From an uncultured virus (IMG/VR IMGVR_UViG_3300036398_005010) (taxonomy: Duplodnaviria > Heunggongvirae > Uroviricota > Caudoviricetes), in IMG/VR virus record IMGVR_UViG_3300036398_005010: DNA of 64,000 nt, one strand, 5' to 3'. This document shows positions 51,761-60,753 of the stretch, in pieces. Positions within the stretch are counted from its first letter, which is position 1. The number at the start of each line of letters is the position of its first letter. A program made the position numbers and the translations under genes. Below the pieces are notes generated by a model, which was not told the DNA's origin, ran no database searches, and was given only the letters and a program-made list of their open reading frames with translations.

Positions 51761-54736
51761 ATGTTCGAGCAAATTGGCGGCATGAGGCCCTGGCCGGCGG
51801 CGCAATCGCGGCGCAACATGCGCGGGCCGCGGCCAATGGGCCCGGCCGGGCTCGGGATGCCCCAGGAAAACGGCCCAACGCTGCTGTTTCCGCGGCGGCC
51901 AGAACCTGCGGCAGTGGCGGATCCCTTCGGATTGAGGGTCATGACCGGCCCGGCGTACGGCGAGGCCCCGTACGGAGTGCGGCCGCGGGACGGTTACACC
52001 TTCGAGCTCGCCGGAACCGTTGACGATGGGCGGCTGCGGACCGTTCCGGTCGCGCCAGATGGCGCCTACAGCACCAATTACGCCCTGGTCGCGCCCACCG
52101 GCCCGCGTTCGGCGGCCTTTTCGCCCTCTGTGTCGGTCGAGGACACGGGCAGGGTGCGGGATGACACGGCAAGACAGCTCGCGCTGCCCGGTTTTGACCT
52201 CCCGGTTGAGGATTCAGTGACCGGCTGGGGGCAGCGGCCCCCTGGATCGGGCGATCGGCGGCCCCAGAGGCCCTCGAACGCCTCGAAAAGCCAGTCCCTG
52301 CCCAACCTGATCGCAGGATTGACCGACGAAATCGAAATCTCGCCGGCTGAGAGCTACGGCGGGAACGTCCGCTACACCCTGACGCGCGACGACCTGCTGC
52401 GCGGGGCCTCGACGCCGGAGGAGGTGGAGCAGCGGCTGCGTGTGTGGAGTGGATTTGCCAGGGCAAACCCCGGCAATCGCGTGCCGCGCAGCATCGAACA
52501 GGCAGAAGCTCCTCGCCAGCCAGGTGTGCTGAACCGGCAGACCGGTCTACCGGACGATCGTCCCGTCTACCTGCGCGGCGGCTCCCTGGCCGACCAGATC
52601 GAAGCCGGTGTCCTGAATACCGACAGGGGCGGAACCCGCTCGATCGATGCCTCCGGCGAGCGAACCCTGCAGAAAGGGTCCGCCGAGCTGTACCCCTCCG
52701 GCACGGTTCCCGTCGTCATGGCGGGCCCCGGCGGCCGCCTCTCGGTCCAGGAGTTCGATCCCACGCGCCTGGTGGAAACCTGGGATGTGGACCCCGACAA
52801 CACCGCTGCGTTCCTGCGCACCAAGGACGCCAATGTCGGTGACGTCGTTCAACGGGTTCTCCAGGAGGCTCAGACCCCGGTTGTGCGTGGAAGCGAGCTC
52901 CTTCGCCGCGGATTCACGCCGCTTGAGCAGCCCGATGGCACCCTGGTTGGCAACCTGAGCGACGGCACCCCGGTCTACGCCCCCGTCGACCGTGAGACGG
53001 GTAGTCCCATCACCGGCGCCAGCGGCGAGCAGCTGTTCCGCCTGGGCTCGCCGACGAGTCGCAACGCCGACGACATCCGCGCCGGCGTGGCACCCGTGAT
53101 TGGCGGGAGCTTCCAGATGGTGCCGGACACAGGCACTTCAGTTGGCGCCGGCGGCCTTGAGGCAGGGCTGCGGCGTGGCTTCACGTTCTCCCCAGGCCGC
53201 GCCGAGGGCGGCGATCTGCCGCTGTTCAACATCACCACCCCGGAGCAGGCCAAGGCCTACGTGCGGTCGATCGTCAGCCAGTCCGGTGATCACCCCCTGG
53301 TGACCAGCCTCTACGCGATGGACTCGACCGGGCGCCCCGTGCAGCTCCTGCAGCCCGCAATCGGCGCCGACGGGCTGGCCACGGGGCACTTCAACCCAGT
53401 GCGCAGCCAGTGGATCGGCCCGGCAGCCTTGATGCCCGGTGACTCTGAAGCCGCAATCGCCGCTCGCAAGGGCGCCGAGAAGTGGGGTGCTCGGCCGGCG
53501 CAGTACGGCGGTGGTGGACTGAGCCGGGAAGACGTCTCCCTGGTTGGCCTGGCTTCAAACCTGCAGAAGGGCGCCTTCATGCAAGAGCCAGCAACGGTCG
53601 GGAATCCGCTGGCGCGCATGATCGCCTCCGGGCAGCTCCCCGTGGAAACCCTTGAGGACCCACGCCTGGCGTCGCTGTTCGCGCCCGGTAGCCAGGCCAG
53701 GATTCGACTCAACCAGGACGTGATCGCTGCCGGCGGAAGCGCGCCATTCACCGACGGACTGATGCCTGTCGTGGTAGGGCAGACCTCTCCTGGAGTGAGC
53801 CCATTCCAGGCGTTCACGGCCACCCCGCTGCCGCCCCGGGAGACCGCGCCCGTCCAGCGAGAGTTGGCCATTCCGACCCCAGGCGGCTCCACGCTTCAGC
53901 GCGCGATGGCGCAGTCCCTGTTTGGACTGCCCAGTGAAAGCCGGGGCCGGCCGTCTGGGCGTCGGGCCCCACTGCCGGTCGCCTCTGAGCCTGCGCCTCA
54001 GCCGGCGCCCGGGGAATACGTGGTCGACGCTGACGGACAGATGCGCATGACCACTGGCCCGCTACCCGATCGCTTCAGCCCGGACCCGGCCGATGCGGTC
54101 GCGGCGTACATGGCGGGCCAGGCGAGAGAGCAATGGCCGAGCGGCGTCCGCTGGACACAGGCGCGACCGCTGGAGGGAACCTGGAACGAAGGGCAGCCGT
54201 TCCCCGTGTTCCGTGGCGGAAACTCCGCACGGGGAAGAGCGGCGGCGTCTCAGCAGAACGAGTACATCCAGCCCGGGCTGCTGCCCCGCATCGGGGAAGA
54301 AGTGCGTCGATCCCTGGCGGACGTCGAGCTTCCGGTCGGGCGCGCCGCGGGTCCATACGCCAGGGCCCCTTACTACGGCGTCGACCTGGATCCCTATCAG
54401 CAGGCGGCCACCGCTCGCGGCGCTGCGCGCGGCTTCGACTACGGGGCCATGGCTGCGGCCCTGGGTGATGGCACCTCTCGCGCCGTTGCGCCGGTTCGTC
54501 GCACGGAGCCTTGGCGTCCCGATCCAACCGCCCCCGGCAGTCAGCAGCTGGTGCGTCGCATGGGCGACGTCATGACTGGCGCTCCGGTTGTGCCAGATGC
54601 GAATGTCGGCAGCCCTGAGCACGAGCGCGCGATGCGTCAGCTGGCGATGCGATTGCGCAATCGGGCACAGAGCCAGACCCTGGGCCCCGTTGACTGGAGG
54701 GCCGAGCTGTCTTCACCTGTGCAAGGGCTTCTTTGA
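51761..54736 (+). CDS. 991-aa Pro/Gly/Arg-rich protein (putative internal virion protein)
   Basis: Long ORF heading the plus-strand block; no recognisable enzyme motif. Confidence 0.8.
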   Translation: MFEQIGGMRPWPAAQSRRNMRGPRPMGPAGLGMPQENGPTLLFPRRPEPAAVADPFGLRVMTGPAYGEAPYGVRPRDGYTFELAGTVDDGRLRTVPVAPDGAYSTNYALVAPTGPRSAAFSPSVSVEDTGRVRDDTARQLALPGFDLPVEDSVTGWGQRPPGSGDRRPQRPSNASKSQSLPNLIAGLTDEIEISPAESYGGNVRYTLTRDDLLRGASTPEEVEQRLRVWSGFARANPGNRVPRSIEQAEAPRQPGVLNRQTGLPDDRPVYLRGGSLADQIEAGVLNTDRGGTRSIDASGERTLQKGSAELYPSGTVPVVMAGPGGRLSVQEFDPTRLVETWDVDPDNTAAFLRTKDANVGDVVQRVLQEAQTPVVRGSELLRRGFTPLEQPDGTLVGNLSDGTPVYAPVDRETGSPITGASGEQLFRLGSPTSRNADDIRAGVAPVIGGSFQMVPDTGTSVGAGGLEAGLRRGFTFSPGRAEGGDLPLFNITTPEQAKAYVRSIVSQSGDHPLVTSLYAMDSTGRPVQLLQPAIGADGLATGHFNPVRSQWIGPAALMPGDSEAAIAARKGAEKWGARPAQYGGGGLSREDVSLVGLASNLQKGAFMQEPATVGNPLARMIASGQLPVETLEDPRLASLFAPGSQARIRLNQDVIAAGGSAPFTDGLMPVVVGQTSPGVSPFQAFTATPLPPRETAPVQRELAIPTPGGSTLQRAMAQSLFGLPSESRGRPSGRRAPLPVASEPAPQPAPGEYVVDADGQMRMTTGPLPDRFSPDPADAVAAYMAGQAREQWPSGVRWTQARPLEGTWNEGQPFPVFRGGNSARGRAAASQQNEYIQPGLLPRIGEEVRRSLADVELPVGRAAGPYARAPYYGVDLDPYQQAATARGAARGFDYGAMAAALGDGTSRAVAPVRRTEPWRPDPTAPGSQQLVRRMGDVMTGAPVVPDANVGSPEHERAMRQLAMRLRNRAQSQTLGPVDWRAELSSPVQGLL

Positions 54737-54773
54737 GCGCCCCTAGGATAGATCTCAGCACCCGGAGATTGGA

Positions 54774-55046
54774 TTGGCCTTCAAGTTCGCCGGTGATCGG
54801 GGCGAGTACCTGGTGGCGGCCTTGAACGCGGCCCGGGAGCGCAAAGCCGATCAGCTGGACACCGGCCCGACCACCTTCGCTAAGGGCGTCCCGATGCCTG
54901 GCTCCTCTGAGGACTTCGAGAGGGTTGGCGCCAACGCAGGAGACTTCGCCCAGGAGGCCAACGACAAAGCGGCGTTCCCCTATTTCAAGCAGTTCAACGA
55001 ACGCCTGATGGCCAATCCCTTCGTCCCTGGCAGCAACCAAGCCTGA
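54774..55046 (+). CDS. hypothetical protein, N-terminus MAFKFAGD
   Basis: TTG start after CCTAGGAT. Confidence 0.65.
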   Translation: MAFKFAGDRGEYLVAALNAARERKADQLDTGPTTFAKGVPMPGSSEDFERVGANAGDFAQEANDKAAFPYFKQFNERLMANPFVPGSNQA

Positions 55047-55049
55047 CCC

Positions 55050-55595
55050 ATGATCCGTTTCGCTGGCCTCGCACTCAAGCCCCTGCTGGCCAAGGCGGCC
55101 CGCGTGGCCCTGCCGCAGACCGGCCGTGGCTGGGCGATGGACGTCGTGCCGAACACGTTCTTCGCGGGGTTGTCGGCACTCTCGCTGCCAGAGGGGACTG
55201 ACGCGGGGACCCGGGCCGGCGCGTTCGCAGAAGACATGGCGACTAGCCTGCCGCTCTCCTTGCTGGGCCGCGTTGGCGGCTACGGCATGGCGCGTGGCAT
55301 CGGCAGGATGCGCAACCGTCCTCTGTCGCAGGACAGCCTGGACATGGTCCAGGGCCTGTCTGGCGCGGGCCTTGAGACGGTCGCCTGGGGCAGCGGCCTG
55401 GTGCCGCGGCCGTTCGCTCAGGGCGCCTGGGATCGCTACAACGAGCAGATGCAGCAGGAGCAGATGCAGCAGCAGGCCATGCGTGATCAGGAGATCCGCA
55501 ACCAGGCCCTGCAGGAGCTCGGCGGCGCCGGCATGCTGATCGCTCCCTTCCAGCAGCAGCTGGCTGGCTCAGGCCTGTTTGGGGGCTACGGCTGA
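55050..55595 (+). CDS. hypothetical protein, N-terminus MIRFAG, Gln-rich
   Basis: Operon coupling. Confidence 0.75.
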   Translation: MIRFAGLALKPLLAKAARVALPQTGRGWAMDVVPNTFFAGLSALSLPEGTDAGTRAGAFAEDMATSLPLSLLGRVGGYGMARGIGRMRNRPLSQDSLDMVQGLSGAGLETVAWGSGLVPRPFAQGAWDRYNEQMQQEQMQQQAMRDQEIRNQALQELGGAGMLIAPFQQQLAGSGLFGGYG

Positions 55596-56848
55596 TGGCC
55601 CTCCCCCGGACCGGCCTGGGCCTGAGGGACATCTTCACCGAGGCCTTCTACTCCAACCCCTACCGGGCGGTCCAGGACCAGGATCTCTCGACGTTCTCGT
55701 CGATGATGCGCCGCTCGCCCGGCGTGGACCTGTACCGCCAGTACGCACCCCGCTGGATGGGTGGCTACAGCCAGCAGCAGAAGGACACCTTCGATGCGGT
55801 GCGCGCAAAGCGGCCCGAGGTGCGCAACACCAGCCTGCGGCCCGGGGATTACCCGATCCTCGATGACCAGTACCCCCTGAAGCCTGGCCGGCTGCCTGAG
55901 CTGGCCCGCCGCGGCAGCCAGGCCGCCGGTGCGCTGGCCTCCGACATCACGAACCAGGGCGCCCTGAACATCTACTGGTTCCTCAATGCCGTGGAGGCCG
56001 CATCCATGGCGGCCGGGCAGCAGGGCATGTACGGCGCCCTCAGGAAGATCCCCGACGCGCCGGCCGGCAACCCGATCCGCTCCTCGATGCTCAGGGTGGC
56101 GGCCACCTACCCGTTGGTCCTGGGGGCCGCGGCCGCATCCGGCAGCCTGTTCCGCCAGCCGGGCTATGCCGCCGTGCTGCCCTCCGAGGAAGACCGGCGC
56201 GAATCAGAGGATCCGGTCACCGAGCGACTGCTGCGCACGGTCGGCCGCGCCGGCAAGCTGCTGCCTTACGAGGAGTTCAGCCAGGAGCGACCCGATGTGT
56301 CGCGGGCCGACTACGAGCGCTACAAGGCCTACCTGTACGGCGATCGGGCTTCGATCGTTCGCGCCACCGGCGATGGCATCCATGGCCCCGAGGTGAACAT
56401 CCTTGGCAAGTCGCTGCCACTGCTGACGGGCGTCGTCCCCCTGGTGGGCGGCGTGCTGGCCGGTCGCGCCGGCGTGCGCATGGCGGGCAATCGCCTGGCT
56501 AGTGGCCGCATCGGCGGCGTGAACCAATTCAAGGAACAGGCCACCCGGCGGCACGAGGTCGACGCGGTCAGGCAGGAGATCGCCAAAGCCGGAGCCCTTG
56601 GCCAGAACACCGATCAGTTCGGCCAACAGCTCTATGACGCCCAGCGGCGCGCCAGCGCCCAGGACCGCCTGGTTGAAGGCAACCTGTTGGGTGGGGCCAT
56701 TGCCGGCACTGCGACCGGCCTGACGGTCACGGCGGCCGCGGCCAACCTGCTGGAGCAGATGCGCCGGGCTGGCGCCGCAGAAGAGTCTCGCCGCCGGCGT
56801 GATGAATGGCTGGCGGGCCGTGAGGCGCAGCAAGCACAGCCCACCTAG
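55595..56848 (+). CDS. putative internal virion protein
   Basis: TGATG coupling; hydrophobic Gly/Ala helices. Confidence 0.75.
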   Translation: MALPRTGLGLRDIFTEAFYSNPYRAVQDQDLSTFSSMMRRSPGVDLYRQYAPRWMGGYSQQQKDTFDAVRAKRPEVRNTSLRPGDYPILDDQYPLKPGRLPELARRGSQAAGALASDITNQGALNIYWFLNAVEAASMAAGQQGMYGALRKIPDAPAGNPIRSSMLRVAATYPLVLGAAAASGSLFRQPGYAAVLPSEEDRRESEDPVTERLLRTVGRAGKLLPYEEFSQERPDVSRADYERYKAYLYGDRASIVRATGDGIHGPEVNILGKSLPLLTGVVPLVGGVLAGRAGVRMAGNRLASGRIGGVNQFKEQATRRHEVDAVRQEIAKAGALGQNTDQFGQQLYDAQRRASAQDRLVEGNLLGGAIAGTATGLTVTAAAANLLEQMRRAGAAEESRRRRDEWLAGREAQQAQPT

Positions 56849-56880
56849 AATCGGGGGCGACTGCTTGCCACAGAGGGCCT

Positions 56881-57324
56881 GTGTTCGGCCGCGAAGACAA
56901 TCCCTACAGCCTGCAGTCGGCCCGACAAGGTGGCGCGCCGCAGCGCTTTGCTGACCCAGACGGGACGAGTCAGTATTTCGGGAATCAGCTCCAGGCGCAG
57001 CAGGACATCCGTGACAACTTCCTCAGGGGACGGCTGGATGATCAAACCGATGTGAAGGTTGCCACCACCACTGGTCGAATGTCTTCGTCTCCACGGGAGC
57101 GCAGCTCGCTGGGCCGAACATTAGGTGGCATCGCTGTTGACGCGGCCTCGAAGATTTTTGGCGGCGGTCAGGGTTCAGGCACTCCCTGGAACTTCGATTC
57201 GGGGCTAGACTTCCTTGGCGGTTCGTCGCCACTGCCGAGCAGCTTCTCTTCAGGTGCGGCCTCGGGTGGCCCTGACTTCAATGCCGATCTGGCCAAATCG
57301 GTGTCGTTCGACTTTCTGAGGTAG
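56881..57324 (+). CDS. Gly/Ser-rich hypothetical protein
   Basis: After CCTAGAATC. Confidence 0.65.
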   Translation: MFGREDNPYSLQSARQGGAPQRFADPDGTSQYFGNQLQAQQDIRDNFLRGRLDDQTDVKVATTTGRMSSSPRERSSLGRTLGGIAVDAASKIFGGGQGSGTPWNFDSGLDFLGGSSPLPSSFSSGAASGGPDFNADLAKSVSFDFLR

Positions 57325-57327
57325 AGC

Positions 57328-57642
57328 ATGGCCTTTGATCCTTACTCCAGCAGCAACCAGCAGATCTACGACCGATCGCGGTTCGGCGACCAGAATGCGT
57401 TCAACTCGATGACGACGGCCGGCATCGCAAGCACGGTTGCCGGGAACAAGTCATTCGAGCTGGCAGCTCAGCGGGCTGCCGAGTACCAGCGGATGATGCA
57501 GGCCAAGCAGGAGGAAAAGGAAAGCCGTGGCGGGATTTTCGGTGCTATTGGCACCGGTCTCGGAGCGGTGGCTGGATCCTTCTTCGGCGCACCACAAGTG
57601 GGAGCAGCGATTGGCGGTTCGATCGGCCGGAGTATCGCCTAG
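57328..57642 (+). CDS. glycine-zipper protein (putative ejection protein)
   Basis: GGIFGAIGTGLGAVAG...GAAIGGSIG. Confidence 0.7.
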   Translation: MAFDPYSSSNQQIYDRSRFGDQNAFNSMTTAGIASTVAGNKSFELAAQRAAEYQRMMQAKQEEKESRGGIFGAIGTGLGAVAGSFFGAPQVGAAIGGSIGRSIA

Positions 57643-57681
57643 TTCAGTCCTCCTAGAATCCAGTGATCACAGGCGAGCGTC

Positions 57682-58359
57682 ATGGTTGCCCCAAGTCGGT
57701 TCCGGTACAACCGTGGCGTCACGTCCACTCCGGGCGCTCTGCAGACTGCTGCTGGCCCCGGCTTCCGTGATCGCATGACTGCCATGGCCGGCAACCCGGG
57801 CCTGCGTGCCCTGGGGATCACCCTGGCGGGCCTGCCGATCGCATTCGGCGCGGTGGACCAGTTGGGCCGCGAAGCCGATAACGGAGCCGGCAACCTGGCC
57901 GGAGGCGTCGGCAGTGTCGTCGGCGGCATCGGCGGAGGCCTTGGCGGCGCCCTGATCGGCGGCAAGCTCGGTGGCCCGATTGGCGCCTTGGCCGGTGGCG
58001 CGCTTGGGTCCTGGGCCGGCGGCGAACTGCTTGGCGGCGCGGCCCGCGGCGTGACCAATGCCGTCACCGGGATCATGGATGACCCGCTGGCCAAGGAGAT
58101 CAAGGCCGCCGAGCGCATGGCGCGCTCGCAGATTGCCATGCAGAACGAAGCGGTCCTGTCTGGCCTGCCTGCCATGCGCGCCCTGGCTGCCCAGCGGGCG
58201 GCGGCTGAGACCGAGCGGGCTCAGCTGGCCTCCCGGATGTACGGCCAGCAGCTGTACCAGGAGGCCATGCTGGGGCCTTCCAGAGTGCCGGCCGGCGCCT
58301 ACTTTGATCCCAGTCAGGGCAACGCTCTGGCTGCCATTGCGTCGGGGGCCTTCGTCTGA
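57682..58359 (+). CDS. glycine-zipper protein (putative ejection protein)
   Basis: Extended GxxxG repeats plus helical C-terminus. Confidence 0.75.
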   Translation: MVAPSRFRYNRGVTSTPGALQTAAGPGFRDRMTAMAGNPGLRALGITLAGLPIAFGAVDQLGREADNGAGNLAGGVGSVVGGIGGGLGGALIGGKLGGPIGALAGGALGSWAGGELLGGAARGVTNAVTGIMDDPLAKEIKAAERMARSQIAMQNEAVLSGLPAMRALAAQRAAAETERAQLASRMYGQQLYQEAMLGPSRVPAGAYFDPSQGNALAAIASGAFV

Positions 58360-58823
58360 TGGCGTTCGGCAACGCCATGGTCGTCCCGGGCAGCTCCTTT
58401 GCGGACCTGATGGCCCGCGCGCCGGTGTTCAACAAGACGCCCTTCATGGAGGTGGTCGGCGGCAACGCGGGGCTGACTGGCGGTCTTGTGAACCAGACGC
58501 TCAACGCCAAGGCCAGTCTCGAGGGCGCTCGCATCCAGGCTGACGCTCTCAAGGATGTAGAGAAGCTCCGCCGGGAGACGACGATTGGAGAACGCCTGCG
58601 GGCCGTTGCCCCTGCGCTGATGCAGAGTTTTCAGAGCATCGGCGGCAATCGCCTGGCTGGGGAGCTGCTTGGCATGGATCTCACGCAGGGCTCGCTCACA
58701 CCGAACGACCTGATCGCGAGGGTCAACGATCTCCAAGGGAGCGTCAACGAAAACAGGGCCTTGCAGTACCCCTGGATCGCCAGCAGTCAGGCCGGCGCCA
58801 AGCGCCTGCTCGGCAGCAGCTGA
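58359..58823 (+). CDS. hypothetical protein
   Basis: TGATG coupling; internal RLAGE. Confidence 0.7.
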   Translation: MAFGNAMVVPGSSFADLMARAPVFNKTPFMEVVGGNAGLTGGLVNQTLNAKASLEGARIQADALKDVEKLRRETTIGERLRAVAPALMQSFQSIGGNRLAGELLGMDLTQGSLTPNDLIARVNDLQGSVNENRALQYPWIASSQAGAKRLLGSS

Positions 58824-58876
58824 GTGCCACGTCTTTCGGCTACTCCTAGGATGGGCGAAAGACGTGTCGCACAGCC

Positions 58877-59554
58877 ATGGCCTTTCTGGGGGCGCTGGAA
58901 AGAGGGTATCGAGCCTGGAACAACCTGCAAGCCATCCCTGAGCAGCAGCGCACTGAGCGCCAGTTGGCACTGGCGCAGAGGCTTGGTCAGCTCGGCCGGG
59001 ACATCGAGCGCGAGACCGCCGATGCTGACGATCAGCGCGTCCAGAACCAGGCCCTGTTGACCGAGCGACTGGCCCCCAAGGTTGCGGCCCGGGAGGAGGC
59101 CGTCAAACGCAACGAGGCCCAGCGCGCAAGTGACGCCTACCAGGATCAGGTCGACGGCACGATCGCCGTCACCCGCGCGACTGGCGACGTCCGTGGCGGA
59201 CTCATGGACAGGCAAACCGAAGGCAACATCAGGACCATCGGCGCCGAGTACGACGGCAGGACCAACCTGGCGCAGACCGTCGGCGGCGTCAACCTGACGG
59301 CTCAGGAATCCCAGCAGCGTGCTGCTGCGGCAGCCCTGGAGGGGGCGCGGAGCCAGGAGCTGGCCATGGCTGGCAAATTCATCGGCAACGAGGCCCTGGT
59401 TCCCCAGATCATCAATGCGACCCGCGGGATGCAGACCGAGCGCTTTGGGCTGATGCGAGAGCTGGCCCAGATGAATCAGCCCAGCACTTTCGAGCGGGCT
59501 GTGAGCACGGTGGGCCCCTTTGCGGTGCTCCTGGCCAGCACCTTCGCGAAGTAA
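58877..59554 (+). CDS. helical Gln/Ala-rich protein (putative ejection protein)
   Basis: After CCTAGGAT. Confidence 0.75.
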   Translation: MAFLGALERGYRAWNNLQAIPEQQRTERQLALAQRLGQLGRDIERETADADDQRVQNQALLTERLAPKVAAREEAVKRNEAQRASDAYQDQVDGTIAVTRATGDVRGGLMDRQTEGNIRTIGAEYDGRTNLAQTVGGVNLTAQESQQRAAAAALEGARSQELAMAGKFIGNEALVPQIINATRGMQTERFGLMRELAQMNQPSTFERAVSTVGPFAVLLASTFAK

Positions 59555-59557
59555 GCC

Positions 59558-60220
59558 ATGGACCCTCAGACCCTCGCCGCCGTCCGCGACTGGACCGAAA
59601 AGAACAAGGGCAACGAAGCCGTCGCCGGCGCCGCCAATGACCTCTTCTACAACTCGCTGAGCGCGCGGCTGCAGACCGATTCGGATGCCAGCTACGCCAA
59701 GACGATGATGCCTCTCTCGCTGGAATACCAGCGGGGGTCACAGAACATCGCCACCGAGGCGGACACCCGGCGGATCGCCGCAGAGGGCAGTGTCCTGCGG
59801 GACCTGACTGAGCAGCAGGGGCGGATCCAGAAGGATGTGGCCAACATCAATTCGGGGGATGTCCGCTACATCTCCGACCGGCGACTGGACGAGACCCGTT
59901 ACTCGTCGGACTCCAGCGTCAAATCCACCCAGATCGGAGCTGACGCCACCAGGGACGTCGCCAAGACCAACCTGGCAGGCACTCGCTACAGCGCGGACGC
60001 GGGCGTCAAGTCCACGCAGATCAGCTCGGACGCACAGGTGCGCTCCACCCAGATTGGCGCTGATGCCCAGCGCTATGGGTACGACAGCGAGGAACGGCAG
60101 CGCAGGATCGAGGGCGAGGAGAGCCGCAAGACCTTGACCCAGGGCACCGATGAGACCCTGCGGCTACGGGCTGACGCTCGCGGCCAGATCGCCTCCAGTG
60201 GCAAGAGGTTCTTTGGCTGA
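59558..60220 (+). CDS. protein with 11-aa repeats (putative DNA pilot/ejection protein)
   Basis: RYSSDSSVKST/QIGADATRDVA/RYSADAGVKST/QISSDAQVRST. Confidence 0.75.
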   Translation: MDPQTLAAVRDWTEKNKGNEAVAGAANDLFYNSLSARLQTDSDASYAKTMMPLSLEYQRGSQNIATEADTRRIAAEGSVLRDLTEQQGRIQKDVANINSGDVRYISDRRLDETRYSSDSSVKSTQIGADATRDVAKTNLAGTRYSADAGVKSTQISSDAQVRSTQIGADAQRYGYDSEERQRRIEGEESRKTLTQGTDETLRLRADARGQIASSGKRFFG

Positions 60221-60719
60221 CGACTTTCCCGGGGTGTCGGGGTTCCTCTCGGCCCTGGACCACGGCCAGCGGGAGCGCTTTCTGCTGGCCTGTGAGGCGC
60301 GTGAATCGCCGCTACAGGTGTGGCTGTACGCCTGCGCGATGGGCTACGAGTCGGACTTCACCGAACTGGAGTCCTGGCTGCAGAAGCGCTACCCGCAGCT
60401 GAATCGCCGCCGCATGCTCGAGGCGGAGGCCGTGCGCCTGGAGGCCGACATCGCCGCGTTGCGCGCTGATGCCGGAACCGAGGCGGCCAGGCCTTCTGAC
60501 ACGGCCCGCAATGTTGCCACTCTCACCAAGGAGTTGCGCGGACACCTCGCGGAGATCGAGCGCATGAGCAAAGGCCTCGATCGCCGCGGCCTGATCCTTT
60601 CGGGCGCCGACAAGATGCTGCGTGTTCTACAGGACATGTTCTCCGAGGACGAAGACATGCAGGTGGCCCTGGGGCAGGGCTTTGAGGTGCTCTGGACTCA
60701 ACTGAACGAAGAACGCTGA
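60213..60719 (+). CDS. putative terminase small subunit
   Basis: Helical protein directly upstream of TerL; TTG start inferred; position-based call. Confidence 0.45.
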   Translation: MADDFPGVSGFLSALDHGQRERFLLACEARESPLQVWLYACAMGYESDFTELESWLQKRYPQLNRRRMLEAEAVRLEADIAALRADAGTEAARPSDTARNVATLTKELRGHLAEIERMSKGLDRRGLILSGADKMLRVLQDMFSEDEDMQVALGQGFEVLWTQLNEER

Positions 60720-60753
60720 ACAATCGCGAGGTATATCGCTTAGATTGCGTCTT

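Noticed and set aside
51761..54736. Virion RNA polymerase that would read the leader element
   Set aside because: No recognisable single-subunit or DxDGD polymerase motifs; low-complexity composition.
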